A stretch of DNA of 55,800 bases, counting the filler, from Platydemus manokwari (taxonomy: Eukaryota): assembly GCA_037951405.1 (NCBI GenBank). It is 5 parts of 5 records of this genome, joined end to end, with 100 filler letters (N's around TTAATTAATTAA, not from the genome) between each part and the next. Parts side by side here need not be neighbours in the genome. Positions count along the whole stretch, not along the records: positions 1 to 11,488 come from JBBMOY010648875.1; positions 11,589 to 22,614 come from JBBMOY010964417.1; 3 more parts are not named here. One strand, written 5' to 3'. The notes under the pieces are model-generated. The model did no database searches and had not been told where the DNA came from. It saw only the letters and a list, made by a program, of their open reading frames with translations. The position numbers and the translations under genes were made by a program. Positions 1 to 15,000 of the stretch are shown one piece after another; positions within the stretch are counted from its first letter, which is position 1, and every line of letters begins with the position of its first letter.

Positions 1-11
1 TTATAATAATG

Positions 12-57
<46 letters not shown>

Positions 58-92
58 TAATAATAATATTAGAAATAGTAATGATAATAATA
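1..92. repeat. (TAA)n microsatellite
   Basis: Direct reading. Confidence 0.9.
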
Positions 93-564
93 TAAATATA
101 AATAGCTGTAATTTTAATTATAAATTATATCTTTAAGTTCGGTTTAAATTGTTTTCTTAATTGATTGGGTGATCAGTACCAAATTCCGAAATAGTTTTTC
201 AGTTAATTATAAAGAATATGAATATATCCTATAATAATTTGAAAAATACCAGCTTAGAAACAATTTTGCTTGTACCACAATTCATCCGTAGCATGCCTGG
301 TGCTACATTACGGTTTTAATCGATTTACAATAAGTACGTGTGGATACGTAAATTTCTACAGCTACTTGAATTATTAATATAAATTATAAAGCAGTACTTG
401 TTTTCGATGAAAATTGCTTAGAAATAAATATGATAAATGGAAATGGAAATAAAATCTGAAAAAATATCAAACACTTCAATAATAATAATAATCAATATAT
501 TAATAATAATTTGGGGGCACGCGCATCAAGTTTATTTTGAAATTTTTCACATTTAATTTTAATA

Positions 565-1085
565 CGTCCTCTAAGTCGCTTTTATTTTAAAAGCCACACA
601 TTAACAAGCGAATGGAAAAGTCACGACATCAAATCATATTCAAATCAATTATTTAAGCTAATTGATTTTGATCTTATACAAAAATCTTTTAGTCAGAATT
701 AAATCTTTAAAATTTTTAATTCAATTCCAAATGCTGACGTCACCATTTCTTTAAAATCTTTGATTTTCTTTGTACTCTCAATTGGCATTGTATCGAACAC
801 TGATATATTTCTCTAGTTATTCTATTTCTTTTATATTCTCTTTATATCTACTCTGCATCTTCTTTATATATTCTCTACACCTTTATAAATTCTCTGTGCA
901 GTCTCAACATCTTTTTCCGTCTTTTCCATAATTTTCAGACATTGAACTTTCCAAAATCGAATCCAGATGCATGGTCGTCATGGAGACCGCTACTATTTTA
1001 CAAACCACACATTAAAAATCGAACTGAAAATACGCGACATCAAATCATATACAAATACAATAATTTATACAGATTTAATTCTTTG
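565..1085. repeat. Diverged direct repeat of about 100 bp at a 411-bp offset
   Basis: CCACACATTAA at 594 and 1005; CGACATCAAATCATAT at 624 and 1035. Confidence 0.7.
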
Positions 1086-1786
1086 AAGATTTTATTCAAT
1101 TTAAAATCCTGCCACAACCAATGAAGCTATTATCAATTTCATTATTGAATATTCTTACTAAATCAGGGAAATATTATTTTTATATTTTTACCCTTGAATC
1201 ATTCTTATTAATATTTCGTAGATCATAAAATTTAATTCATATTTTTAAAATTTTAATGGGCGAATATCAATTGACATAACAGGTTATATATAATGATAAT
1301 ACTCACAATTATATATAATATAAATACATCTAGAGATGATAATAATATTAATATTATGGCTGCTTAATAAAAGAATTATTTTCACTCCATTGCTTGTCTG
1401 ATGCTGATGCTCATAGAATCCCATATTAATCTCCAATGGATTTCGAAATGTATTTTCGACATCAACCATATCAGTGACATTTAATATTTTCATTTTCACA
1501 ATCTTAAAATAATATTGGAAAAGTTCAATTCCATAATGACAATGGAATTTTATTCCGCTTTTATTCATAAGCCGATCAATAAATTTCACAGATTCATGTT
1601 TATTGTCATTTATTCCATCAGATAAAAAGGATGTTATTTGTTTCGAATTAATCCATTGGACTAACACAGAGTCAGGATGTTTCCAATTGATGTTTTTCAG
1701 AGTTTATTCCCTTCTCATTATTCTATTGATTGTTGGAAAATATTTTGATTATGGAGAAAAAAAATTGGACATTGTAAAGCAAGATA

Positions 1787-1827
1787 GAAAGAGATAGAGA
1801 GAGAGAGAAAGAGAGAAAGAGAGAGAA
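1787..1827. repeat. Imperfect (GA)n microsatellite
   Basis: Direct reading. Confidence 0.8.
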
Positions 1828-2459
1828 TAATGATTTTGGTTGAGTTTTTGCTTCATTATAAAATTAGGTGCTTGACATCGACTGTCAATTTTAATATTAA
1901 TGTAACTCATAGACAACGGACGTTTAAATAATGGTACTACTTTCAAATAGTTATTATCATTCTATTCGAGAAGAAGTACATGTTCTTTTGAAAGAATTTA
2001 CCATTATGAGTTAATTATTGATACAAATGATTTGAATAATCTTTACGATATTGATTTATTTTAATAATTTATAATATGGATTAATTTTTAATTCATTATA
2101 ATATCGATTTATTCTAATTCATACATGAAAAATCGATAAGATTTATATTTTCTTTATTAAATGATATCATAGTAAAAGCAGTGGAATTTTTTGTGAAATA
2201 AGCGATAACTAGAGCAAGTTAATTTCGAACTCATAATTAAATTCATGAAACTTGGTCTGAAAAATATGCAGACATATATGTCGCAAGATGCTCGAATTTT
2301 TTATGTTACAAACAGAAATAAAATGTTAAACTTGATACTACGAACTTGTTTCAATTTAGCATATTTCTGTATTTTTTTTCATTTAAAAAATCTCATAAAT
2401 ATCAGTAGATATAATATTAACGGTATGACCTGTTTTTTCTAAAATGTTCTAGGTAAGAG

Positions 2460-5000
2460 TGTTTCGTGTCATTATATATAATGATTCATTATGTTATTGT
2501 TGACTAGAAACGATATCTTGAAAAATAAAAACGATATTGAATCTTGGAACCCTTAATTTATCACAACCATACAAGCACGACAATCAACCAATCATAGAGG
2601 ACTTAAAAGGATAATTATAATTCAAAAAGGAACATAGTAACACACACATAGGGATTGATCAATCTAGAGTATACGAAATCAATAAATTCAATATGCACTT
2701 GAGAAATGAGAGATCGAATCAAAGTGTGATACGAACGTGATAAAAAAATTACACACAAATCCAAAGGAAAAGTACCATTTGTAGCTAAGTTTTAGTTTGT
2801 GATTTTTGAGATGTTGTGTCGAGATTTGGAGGATCTTGTACCGTATTGATTAGTACGGGTTAACGAAAATACAGATTATAACTTTCGATTCTTTTGGAAC
2901 CTAGCGGTTATTTGGTAAGCCTGACATTGGAAAAAAGTTAGCTATATGAGTTTAGACAACCATATTGCTTCTTCATGCCAAACTTCAAATCAGACTGATT
3001 CTACAGTCAGAATTTGGCAGCTATCAGCAACTCCCAGTCGACCATAACGCAGCTGATTCTTGAATTTCGTTTCAGCTCAACATTATATACAAAAATATTC
3101 TTGAAATATAATAATATTATTCCGGTGAAAGTGCTCTTTCGTGCTTCTTTTATTTTTGCATCCAACAGATTTTTCTTAAACTTTTCCAAAGATTATAAAA
3201 ATATTTAAAGGATATGGTTATCGATCTATTAATGAAATAAATGATTTGAAGGTAACTGCTTTCACCCTGAAAGATAATTGAAGCTGAAACGAAAAATAGT
3301 GCTTCAATTTATAGATTCGAAAAGTATAACCTCGTAAATAACAGACCTGAAATTCATTTCGTACCGAGGTTATTTCTCTATCAATCAATTATTATTCAAA
3401 ACCAAAGAAATGGAGGGACATGTCGTCGATATTTGATGAATGGCAATCTTTCTCGAATACCATGAATAGGTGTGATGGTTTACCGTAATTAATGAAAATT
3501 CGATAATGAACTATATTTGAAGGAGTTTTGTGAATGACATCCAGTTATCCAGCATCGTAATATTTATGAGTTAAATCTTATCTCAAAAACATAGTTTCAA
3601 CTAAATCGACAGACTTTGAAATCATTGTTTTTGTTTTAAAAGATTAGTGCATCATATAGACGATATCTCATAGGAATAGAGCCTACGATAGTCCATGCAT
3701 TCACAACATAATCCTCCACTTAAATAAATTTATAAAAATATAAAGTACAGCAGAAGATGTTCAGCGAATCGTTATCAATTTGTAAACATTTGAGAGGGAT
3801 TTAAAATGATTTCATTATCATGACGTTAATAAATGATCAATCTCCATAGGTTATGTTACAATTATAGAAGCAACAATGAGAACATTTGAACAATGGAGAT
3901 CAATAGATACCAATTTAAAGAAAGCAGAATATGATGGTAGAATTTGTCATTTCATTTCACTTCCAGAAATTTTTGGAAATTCAAAATATTGGATTTTATA
4001 AATATAATCAATAATGACCTGAAAGATTTTATCGTCAGAGAAAGATTTTCAACACAATGCTGAAGGAATCTCTTCAATAATTGTTTTATAGAAGTATATC
4101 GACTTTCTAAATTCGTTTTATTAAATTTGTGGTTTGAATTCAAACCACGAACAATTTATTGTTTAAATTAAGTGAGTTAATATGACTTAAGAGATTACAA
4201 CACACGAATTTAATGAAATGGAATATTATTTGTTACTATTATGGCTATCTTAGCGTGAATATTGGCAACCACAAAAGCGAGATATGTCGGAAATCCTTTG
4301 TAGGTGATGTCTGTGATTTTTACTAGTTCTGAAAATGATCTCCGCCAAAATCAAAAGTTACTATTTCTTTTCACTTTATTCATTCATTCTGGGCTCCATG
4401 ACATTCACTTCACTTTCTGCTTTATTCATTCAACCATAAACAACTCACAGGTCGATTATACTCACTTGATTTTGATGGACTGATGAAACAAGTAAAGGAA
4501 ACAATTGCCGGAATGGTGGTATTGGAGGCTCGTAAAAAATTCTTGTTTTTGTTTCTTAAATTCTGGAAAGACATGAAATTCATGGAGAACAAGATTATTC
4601 CTATTTCGCAAATCTTACCACAAGCTTATAGATTTCTACCACTGATTGTTTTCTCTTATTATTGATCAGTTAAAATGCTCCATTAATTAAGGATAAAACA
4701 ATAGAATAAAAGTTCTATGCATATGGCTTGTCAATAGTTCTCTTGTCTATAATAATCCGAAATCGAAGATGCATATTTCTATTAGAAACGCGCGTCATGA
4801 TTAAAACAAAGTAGGTAGTCAATCCACTGTGATCCTAAAACGAGCCTGGACATTGTGAGCATGAAATAAGACCGGAACACTTCATCAGTTGGAAGCGAAA
4901 GTCCCATGAGATATTCTTATGATCTCTGCAACCAAAACATGACTATAATGGGCATGTAGATTAATGAGGCAAGCTTAATGACGCTGTTAGTTACAAAATT
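2460..5000 (+). mobile_element. Possible very decayed BEL/Pao-like element
   Basis: gag-like EWQSFS (~3437), knuckle-like GNHKSEICRKSFVGDVCD (~4264) and weak integrase-like remnants at 4480-4900. Boundaries are uncertain. Confidence 0.3.
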
Positions 5001-5559
5001 AAATAAGTAAGTCTTTGAAGACATCTAGGATTAGCTTTGTTAGGAAATTAGTTCAAATAAGGTTGTATTTAAACAACCGAGGCGATGGAGTCGGCAGTAG
5101 AATTATTCGACTCCAACTTCTACTCTTTTGATCTCAGATAGACATTTCTTTCTCATGATGAGAATCATACACGCTCATGAGAATTGCGAATTTAATATGA
5201 AAAGAAACAGAAAAAAAAACATAATAATGTCTACTAATCGAATCACACTCGCTCGCCAAGAGACTGAAATAAAGTCTGGAACCTTTGAAAAAATAGACAG
5301 ATCGATCGATAGATTAATTAATCCTGTATTTCATATTCCGTCGATTTTGAAAACAGTTGATACAGATATAAATTTAAATTTTATAATAAAAATTTCACCT
5401 AAGTCAGATTTCCTAAATCAAAGACAATCAGTTTCTGTCACCACCGTAGGCAATATAAATCTCTTCAAAATTAGTTATTCATATTTTGTTCTCAATAAAA
5501 AATTGAACAATGAAGCCGTAATTAAATATCTATTATATCGATTTATTTGATTCTCTGTG

Positions 5560-6620
5560 ACTTATCAGATTTTACATTGCCTATCAGTAGAAAACAAATT
5601 ATGTTTTTGGAATATATTATATTCAATGTACTTCTTCAAATCAAAATTTTCCACTCCATCTTCTTTCAATCGGTTTGGTTTGTGTGGAATCATTTTGGCA
5701 TTCGACTCACTTGATGTGGAGCAGTATTGATAATTAACCCATTCTATTTGATGCCACTAATCTAATGAGTTGAAATTGTTCCACATTGGTTTTCAGGAAC
5801 ACTAAGATTGACTAGCCAAAGCACAACAGGATTTTTTGCATTTCCCGAATTCTTTCTAATATCCCCTATTTGGTTCCACTTGGAAACCTTCTAAAGATGA
5901 CGTTAAAACCATTTGTTTCCCTATCCTAGTTGATGATCAATTTAGAAATTAAAGAACATCTAAACCATCCCATCTGTGACTGTTTTTAAATACACTCTAA
6001 TATGAAAATTTTAATATAAAACTTTAATAGCCACTGAAAATGATCAGGTTTTTATATGAAAACATAAATTATATTCTTTGAAATTCGGATATAGGATTTC
6101 AATTTCGGTGCCAAATTACCACACTTTTTTCATTAGATTGGAAAAAATATGGAGAGTGACTGTAAAGAAAAAAAATTTATCTATTCAAAACAATATGCAT
6201 ATATTTCGACGTGAATTGATTTTTCGTCTGAACTCAGATGAGCCTGCATCAGTATTCATTCTTCCTGAGTTTCAATGTGCAACTATGTCCACTCGTTCGC
6301 CAACTTATCTTCATCGTCAGAATTTCTTTTCTTTTATTCGTTGATTTTCATTCATAGAGCTTCTTCATTGTTTTCTATTTTACCTATAAAACTGGCATGT
6401 CCTTGATAAAATTGGCATTGTTGCCAACTTGTTTTAATATTAGTTCTCATACATAATATTGTGATTTCATTTATTTCTTTCACATCAAATGCTAGCTTGG
6501 TCCAGATTCTATCATTCTATAGTGTTCATATGTCAAGTACTCCTATAATACCTATATGTAGATCAATTGTCCAGTTTGGTCGGGTTTTCTTGATTTTCAT
6601 TCTTAATTATTCATTCATTT
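5560..6620 (-). mobile_element. Possible decayed Gypsy RT/RNase H fragment
   Basis: Only weak degenerate motifs (LVASNRMG resembling DAS..G at ~5760; TKLAF resembling KTAF at ~6500). Confidence 0.25.
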
Positions 6621-9600
6621 ACTAGTGCTTGTTAAGGGGTTTTTACTTTAATAAGATTATTAATAACGAGACTCAAAATATCGATTTATTTATTTAAGAC
6701 AGCGACAAGATGCTTATGTCTCGGATGATGCAATGCAATTTGACAATCTTAAGTCTTAGTAAGTAGTATAAAATAATGAAACAATTATACACTCATTAAT
6801 CAAAATGCAAGCACACATACACACTCTATCATAAAGAATCTCCTTTACAAGTGGTAAACAAAAAATGGACAATTCATTTTCGTTTATTGAGTTCAAATCT
6901 CACAACTCCCAAAGTTGAACATCCTCAAGCCGGAACACACTTTTAGCTAATATTTTTACTACAATTTAAGGAGAACGGATAATTGCGTTTTGTTTAAATA
7001 TTATTGACCACCAAGCACATGCGTTGAAAATAGAAATAGCTAAGCAGAGGTTTCAAAGCCGCAGAAATTCCGACCTTCGAAACCATGTTAAAGGCAGTCT
7101 AGAGGCAGCCAAGTATGTAACAAATGCGTTAGTCATTGATGAACTTGAAAAAAAAAGCCACCACGACAGATGAATAAAGATTTTATTTAGTTATAAGACC
7201 AATTACCCGTAAAATTAAATATATAAATAAGATTTGGTCGAGCAGCCAATACTTAAAAGAGTATAAAATCACCAGTTATTCAGTTTAGCGAATGCGTTTT
7301 TTTGGTTAAGTGTATTAAATGCATTTATTATCTACTCTTTAGTAATCTACTCTTATCTACTCTTCTGTAATTATGTACATGCAGTTAACAAAATGCAAAT
7401 CTTTTATTTAAAACTAACTTCTTCCTAAACTAGAACAACACTCCCAAAACTGGAACACGTTCAGTGTAGTGTACAAATAATAGCATACTCCAAAATTTAC
7501 AGGATTTATCGGTCTAATTTCAGATCCATTTATGAGGTATTTATGAGACATTTTTGATAAACATGATTAACAAATATGCTTCCAGCTTTTGCATTAATTA
7601 ATTCCTTTAAGTCAGATAAAATTGGGCTCATGATTTGTAAAATCTCAAATTTAATGACTATAGTCTTAGCTCAAGTTATTCCTTGATACCAAAACTGTCA
7701 TTTATCCAGACTTAATCATCTTACTTCAGAATTTAGATAATAATTACTTATCATGATGGTTTATAGAATTTCCTACAACCGAGGAAGATAAACGTATTAT
7801 AGGCGAGTAGTATCGATTTTGAAAATGGTCCAAGTCATTTATTTTAACATCGATATATTTAATGGTTTTCGTTTTGATAAATTTAAGAAATTCAATTTGA
7901 AAACCCGGTAGTACAAAGAGTGATTAAAAGATAATAATTAAAATAATAAAAAAAATTAAAAAAGTAATGTTTTGAAGGCTATTTATGGACTTAAAGTAGT
8001 TTCAAAATTAATGAAGTAGCTTTATAAATTCTTCTAAACCCACGGAAACAATAAATTTTAAATTAAATATAAGCTTAGGAGAAGTGAATAATAGGATTAT
8101 CATTATAAATACTCGACGAATTGGTAATATATAAAATAATAAATTTAATGGAATTATTATTAACAGAAATAATCGAACGATCATGATAATAGAATTTAAC
8201 ATAAAATATTATGATTATTGCAGGGAACTCTCATAAACCTTTTCCAAATATGTAAATAAGAGGACGGCTTGCAAGTATTCTTTCGGAAAACTGAGCTAAG
8301 CCATTTTGACTTGCTTAACAATTTTGATTACATGATTTTGAGCATTAACATTAGATTTATACTTGGATGTTCCTCATGTACAAAACAATAATATTTTCTG
8401 CGGTACTTGACATTTTTTGAAATCCTTAACAAAATTTTCTATGTTCATACAATAGAAAAATCCCTGCATATATAATATTTTATTTTCTCTCTTAAAAACA
8501 TGAAGAAATTTATCAATGTATTATTTTTCGTGTAGGTCCATCGATAAATGGTAATTTTATATTGTAACCAGATCAGCACATTCTTCAATGGTATTGTAAA
8601 AATCGCGGACTATTTTATTATCAATTCTAGCCTCGTATAAGTCCGAGTAAATCAAATTTAAATCGAAGAGTTTTCAATTTCTTCCTGCATCCTAATTAAA
8701 ATATGGTAAAATGTGTTTATCCGGGTAAAATAAACCTGTTTAATAGACACAAAAGATCAGTGTCAAACATTCTTTTTAAAACCTATATCTTTCGAAAATT
8801 TTATTTCCAAGGCTTATTTCTGGTGGCTACATAATATTCTTACATAATCGATCTGTTTGATAGCACATTTTTTAAAAATCAATACACTTGAAAAGTAACA
8901 TGATAAAAAAATCGAGTTTCATAGTTCAAATTAAAAAGAACAAGTAATTACATCAATCTGTTTTATGGTAGTCTTATATTTTATTCCGGGACGATCAATA
9001 ACTAAATCAAATATCTATTCTCGATGATATTCTAAGGATATAAGCGAGGTTCAGATTGTGTGTTTTAAAGTTAAAAATCCTATTTATTCTATGATCGATC
9101 AACATTAATGGCGATTTCTAAAAATTTCAAAAACAATTATAATTTAAAACCAATCCTGTGCCAAAAGTAAAATAACAGATGAACGTGATTGATAAGAACG
9201 AAATACTGGTCCGATGTTGTTACAGAATGCAAAGCCACTACATATTTTAGTGTTATCATACTATCATTGCTAAATTAAAATACTTGTAGGATATCAAATA
9301 AAGAAACGATAATAAAATATTTATTGATTGATCACAAGTGCTTCTCAGTATTGTTTAAAACACGGAATAAAAAATCAGCCTGCCTTATATCAGCTTCAAC
9401 TGGCAACGAAGTGTTTTTGTCAAACAAGTCAATATTCAAGAGTCAATATTCAAAAACGTTCTTCCGAAGATTTTAATCTAATTGATTGATTTACGATGAC
9501 TGGATTTGGTCAATCCCTATGCATATATCATCGTGTATTTTAAATTTTTCGTTATGCGCTGCTTTTTATTAGTCGGTTATGTAGGAACGTTTGCATGTAA

Positions 9601-10269
9601 ACTATTGAAACAGTGATTCCAAGGTGACGGGGATTGTCATTTGGCATGATAGTTTCTATGCGCAGTAACATTAAAAATTAGAAAGATAAAATTTATAATT
9701 TATTGAGATCTTTTAATGTTTATCGATTTTTCCATTTTCAAATTCACCAATATTATTTTTAGAAATTAATTTTTTTTCAAAATCAATTATTTCATTAAAA
9801 ATAAATTGCAGGGAGTAATTTTTAATGATATACTACTCATTAAATTTACAACAGTATTTAGAAAGTCAACAAATTTATTCAACAAATGGTGGCGTCAAAT
9901 TGGGTTTGTTTTTATGAGATTTCCATAAACATTGGAAGTGTCTGAAAAACATTAGTATCGGTCTCGTTTAATAGTGCTGTTAAAAGCAAATGACAATTCA
10001 TTTTAACCGACCTCAATTGTGTTTATAATTTTTCGAATGACAGTTTTCTGATATTAAATTGATTTTAAAATGAAAAATACATTTTAATCGATTGATTTTA
10101 TTGATTATTTCTGTTACAGAAAAGTCATTCCAAACGAATTGGTAATCAGCATTGTTATTTTTAGAGTTTACATGATAATCGATGATATTCGATATCCAAT
10201 GATATCCAGATAAGCAATTGGTTATATACCGAGCGATTTATAAGTCTCAGTCTCCAAAAACTAAAATAA

Positions 10270-10520
10270 AACAATGCTTGATTAAAAGAATATTTGAAAG
10301 GTTTTTCCTGGAGATAACTGTGGACAGAAGTTTGTGAAGTCATATACACTGTTCCAGTTTCTCGATGATTTGTGCCATCATCCTCTTTTACATGATTTAC
10401 CACTTTTTCCTTCATGATTTCATCACACGGTCTTCCTGATAGCAACCAAGGGGATAAGTTTCCGGTTTCTTCAAATTGGTGTTTCCAGTATTGCAATATT
10501 GTCCTAGCTGGTGGTGCATG
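10270..10520 (-). mobile_element. Tc1/mariner transposase N-terminal (HTH) remnant
   Basis: WKHQFEETGNLSPWLLSGRP...VVNHVKEDDGTNHRE...SQTSVHSYL matches the mariner W..F..G......SGRP....D...T.RE......S..TV...L pattern. Confidence 0.65.
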
Positions 10521-11414
10521 ATTGAAATGTTGTTGAAATTCTTGGCAAGCTCTGGCACTACTCTGTTACACTATTGTGTGGCTAACTATAGACACTCTAT
10601 CTTCAAGCGAAAAATTAACATCACCAGCGGCTTTCACCATATTGTAATAACGCAACTGATTAATAAGAAATAATAAATAAAGTACATCAATCAGTGAATA
10701 ATAATTAATATCAATGAGTATAAATAAGTGGGTATAAATTATATTCTGTTTTGTTGTTTTATTTTGTGTTTTAGAGACGGAGACTCATGAATCGCATGGT
10801 AAAATTAAACATGATTAATGAAATATATTTTATAATTTATATTATTATATAATTTTATTTGTATTCGATTGTTAAGACTGCAATGAAATGTTTATTAAAA
10901 TAGAAAAAGATTCATTTAAACTGTAACCACAGCAATAATTAAGAAAATCAATCAGAAATTCTATTTAGTTACAAATCCCATGAAAAAAGAATAATCGAAT
11001 TGCGATCAAAATCAGAAGCGGAATAAGATTTTTCGTTATTTGATATGATTTATCACTAATTATCTTGTTTAGAAAGTTTAATTTTAATTTCATAAGAGAA
11101 GATTAATTACGATTTCATTGAATGGCTGTGATAATCGATATAGATCGTTTTGATTTGTAAACAATTAGACAATATTTTATTTGTAAATATTTTGTTGATA
11201 GATAAACAAATTAATATTTTTGTTTGTAATTTCTAATCAATTATCGATAAACATTATTTTCGTAATGTGTTTTCCTGTATCCCGGACGAAATACATGGGT
11301 CACAGATTGATTTATATGGTTTTTGAGCTCAATTTTGAATATAATAATTAAAATCGAAAATAAATGATAAGGAATATATACATTCTTAGAATATCAAATA
11401 TTATTATTATTATA

Positions 11415-11488
11415 TTGGGTGTATAACCTTAAAATTTCGATTTGATAAAAGATGTCGCTGGGAGTATTGCTTGCATATAATGTCGTAT
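11415..11488 (+). mobile_element. Mariner-type TIR end of the same family, truncated by the linker
   Basis: TA followed by TTGGGTGTATAACCTTAAAATTTCG; 24 of the first 25 bases match the TIR at 42598. Confidence 0.7.
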
Positions 11489-11588
11489 NNNNNNNNNNNN
11501 NNNNNNNNNNNNNNNNNNNNNNNNNNNNNNNNTTAATTAATTAANNNNNNNNNNNNNNNNNNNNNNNNNNNNNNNNNNNNNNNNNNNN
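11489..11588. other. Artificial contig linker N44-TTAATTAATTAA-N44
   Basis: Exactly 100 nt; the 12-mer gives stops in all six frames. Confidence 0.97.
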
Positions 11589-12005
11589 TATAATATAGCA
11601 AGTGTTTCAGTGACCAATATTTGACCCTTTTTTGGCCATTTTTCGCTTTTTTACGGATTTATAATAATAATTGAAGTTTTATTAGATGATTTATTTGAAA
11701 TGTTGGAGAAATAATTGTATTCAAATAATTCCTCTCACATTTTGAATAGATTTCTTTAAAAAATAAGAAATACTCAAACCAAACAATTTAAATACAAATT
11801 TGAAAGATTTTCGGAAACAAATTATAATTTAGTTCACTTTAATCAATAAATTTTGAGAATAGTTACGAATAAGTAACATGATATAATTATTATTGCAAAA
11901 TGAGAAATTCGAAAAAAATAATTCAATTTTTATTAAGGTAAAAATGATGAAAAATATATTTGTTAAAAATAATTTTAAATTATTCAAATAATTGACGCTT
12001 TTTAC

Positions 12006-15000
12006 ATCATCAAACACATATTTACTCGTTAAAGAGGTGGCATTATTATCTAAACCAAGAATTGTTGAAGCAAATCCACCTATCATACCAGGAACAGTTG
12101 ATGCAGAATCCGTTGTTGTTGAAACATTACAATTAGAATCATTTGTTGCAGAATCGTAACCAAATTGGTATTCTCTAATTCTTTTGTGAGTATCGGCCAC
12201 CAATAAGCTATCGTAGTTAGCTAAAGGTCGTCGAAACGCTACCATACTTTGTGCTCTGTAACCGTCAACTGTAACTAATGATCTTCCTTGATCTGATGTA
12301 TCCTATATATTGCGTATCATATCACAAATTTATGTTTTAAAAACACATACTACAACATAAATTACGCCTTTTAAACTTCCTATCGCAAGTTTTTGATTAT
12401 CCGGAAAAAATGCGGTACAATTATATGGTTCGTCGTCATTAACACGTACAGTACAAATACATTTACCACTCGGTATTTCAAATACCACCACTGCTCCTTG
12501 CTCATCAGATGAACAAGCAGCAACTCTAAATACATTAATTAACATTTTGATAAAATAAAACCATATACTTTTTAGAATCCGAAGACCACGAAATGAAATT
12601 AATGCAACCACTACATTGCAATTCAGAGAATTTGGAAATTTTTAAAGTATTAAGATTGACAGTAAAAATATCTAAATTTGTATTTTTTCCTCCAACTGCT
12701 AAATTATGCCCATTCGGGGAAAATTTGCACACCCATAACTCAGATTTGCTGATTTTGATATCTTGAATTATAGTGGTAGGGAAATTTTTTCTGTAAAGTA
12801 AAAACTTATAATAATAATTCCATTAATTATACGCAGTTAAATAATAAAATTCTAAAAAATATCTTAACATTTCAGAAAATTCAAGTGTTCATCAAAAAGA
12901 AAATATATGTATATATTATTTTTTCATTTTATAATGCCGATTTCCTGTCATATAACTTTAAATCTAATTTTAGCTATCTAAACCTAAGATATATTCCAAA
13001 AATATACAATAAATAAATTTGCTTGTTTAAATTTTTTTATTAATAAATTAAAAATATTGGAATTTATAGTTTTAAGAAAAGCACTTTTGAATGGTATCCG
13101 TGAACAAATTTTCCAGAACGAAAATTGTCAATTTGTAACACCTATTATCACAATCATTTGTATATCGAAATTAAAAAATTAAAAATCGAAAAAGTAAACT
13201 GTAGATATCTTTATTATTAAGGAAATGTGATAACAAATTTAAGCACTTGTATTTAATAAATCTTCGACCCAATGTTGTCAAATTTAATGAAAAGAGGAAA
13301 TATTTGAGAGAATTAAATATGGTCTCGCTTTGTATTACTAAGAATTATATATCTCCAAGTTTGATACACTTCAATACATTGCAATATTGTAGAACATAAA
13401 ATGTAATTATTTCTATTCATGACCAACATCAAAGTTAATTAAATGAAATTAAATAAATTATCATTTGGAATTTTAATGTGAAATTTGTTGTAAGATTACA
13501 AGGTTGTATTAAAAATTCCATGAAAACTTTAGGAAGCGCAATGAGAAATGTCATAGGTGTGTGGCTTTCGAAGATAAAAAATCTAAATGGATTGCAATTA
13601 AGAAATTTAGAAATATTACCCAATTATATTGAGTATATACTTAATAATGACAATCGACTAAATTGTGGATGAAAATAACAATAGTTCTTAATTACATTAT
13701 ACAGTTTCAAAAATGAGTCTTTCTGAAAACACAACAATGCAAACGAGAATAATGAATTAACTACATTATGTCAAACTGATAACTCAAACGTTATTATCGA
13801 CCAGAATACAACGCATTTGGTCGAAAATAGTCTTTTGAAGGATGGCAAACCTCATAAATCAGAAAGGATTCTAACGATTTTTGAATAAATGAATCAATTT
13901 TAAGTTTAATCTTAAAAACTTTGAATTAATTCAAAACATTACATGAAAATAAAATTATAAACAGTGAAACATGTTTAACATGAACCCCAACATACCAATT
14001 CTTTTTTTATTTTCATATTAAAACAATAATATGAACATAAATTAACATTTCATTTATTAGGACAATTTTTATTTCTTTGAAAACCAACAAAGTATGTCAT
14101 TTTCCATTGCCTTGATTCTTTTTTCTTGAATATCATCAACCAATCCCTATATTTTATTGATCTTATCTAGAAGATTAATTCGAAAATATCTTTCAAGTGT
14201 TTGTACATATTAATAGGTTTATTATCATGCTACAATTTTATAAAAAAAGGGTGTGGAAAATGCGATTTTTGTCGACTTGACAATCCATTTAACAGTTCTA
14301 AAAAATTAAATAGCCAAAAACAATTACTTTAATCTTGTAGAGCATAGCACGGGCTTTCTAATGATATATAACACTTCGCCAAACATCAAAAATTCTTTGT
14401 AGAACAAATAGTTTAATGTGACAGCAGGAACTTATGCAATAACCTAATATGTTCTAACTTTGAAAAAAGATTAATATTCGATTGGAAAAAAAATTCAATG
14501 TTGCTCATTTCAAAGTCCATTGGATAAATGGAATGAATAATAAGATTTTACGACCTTTGATTTCATTCTATCAATTTTGTAAGTAATTTTTAAAAATTGT
14601 GAGTGTCAACCATGTATTAAATTGTAATAAACAGGAAACTTTCCCATATCAAAATCCTTAAAACAATAGGGCTGCTTTGACTTACATAGTACTGAACGGT
14701 ATCATTTTTCTACTAACATATTGATACCCAAGAATATAGTTGTATAATATTTAAACAATTTATCGCCTAGCTTACTTTGTTTAGAAATTGTATATGCTCA
14801 ATTTAATGAACATTTCCAGAAAACTCTAATTTCATCACAAATGTGAACATCTATATCTTTATTTTAGTTCAACTTTGACTTATAAATTGTTATTAATTAA
14901 GAATTACTCTTTCATTTACAATTTTTTTGATTCTTCAATAATTCTTTTGGGAGATATCATATTCCTTGAAATTAAAGAATGTATAATAAGCCATTTGATG

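Noticed and set aside
1284-5550. Short ORFs such as 1284-1667 and 5128-5550
   Set aside because: I/L/F/N/K-biased chance ORFs in AT-rich DNA with no domains or convincing splice structure.
11533-11544. Recurring TTAATTAATTAA palindrome
   Set aside because: Artificial stop linker, not biological.
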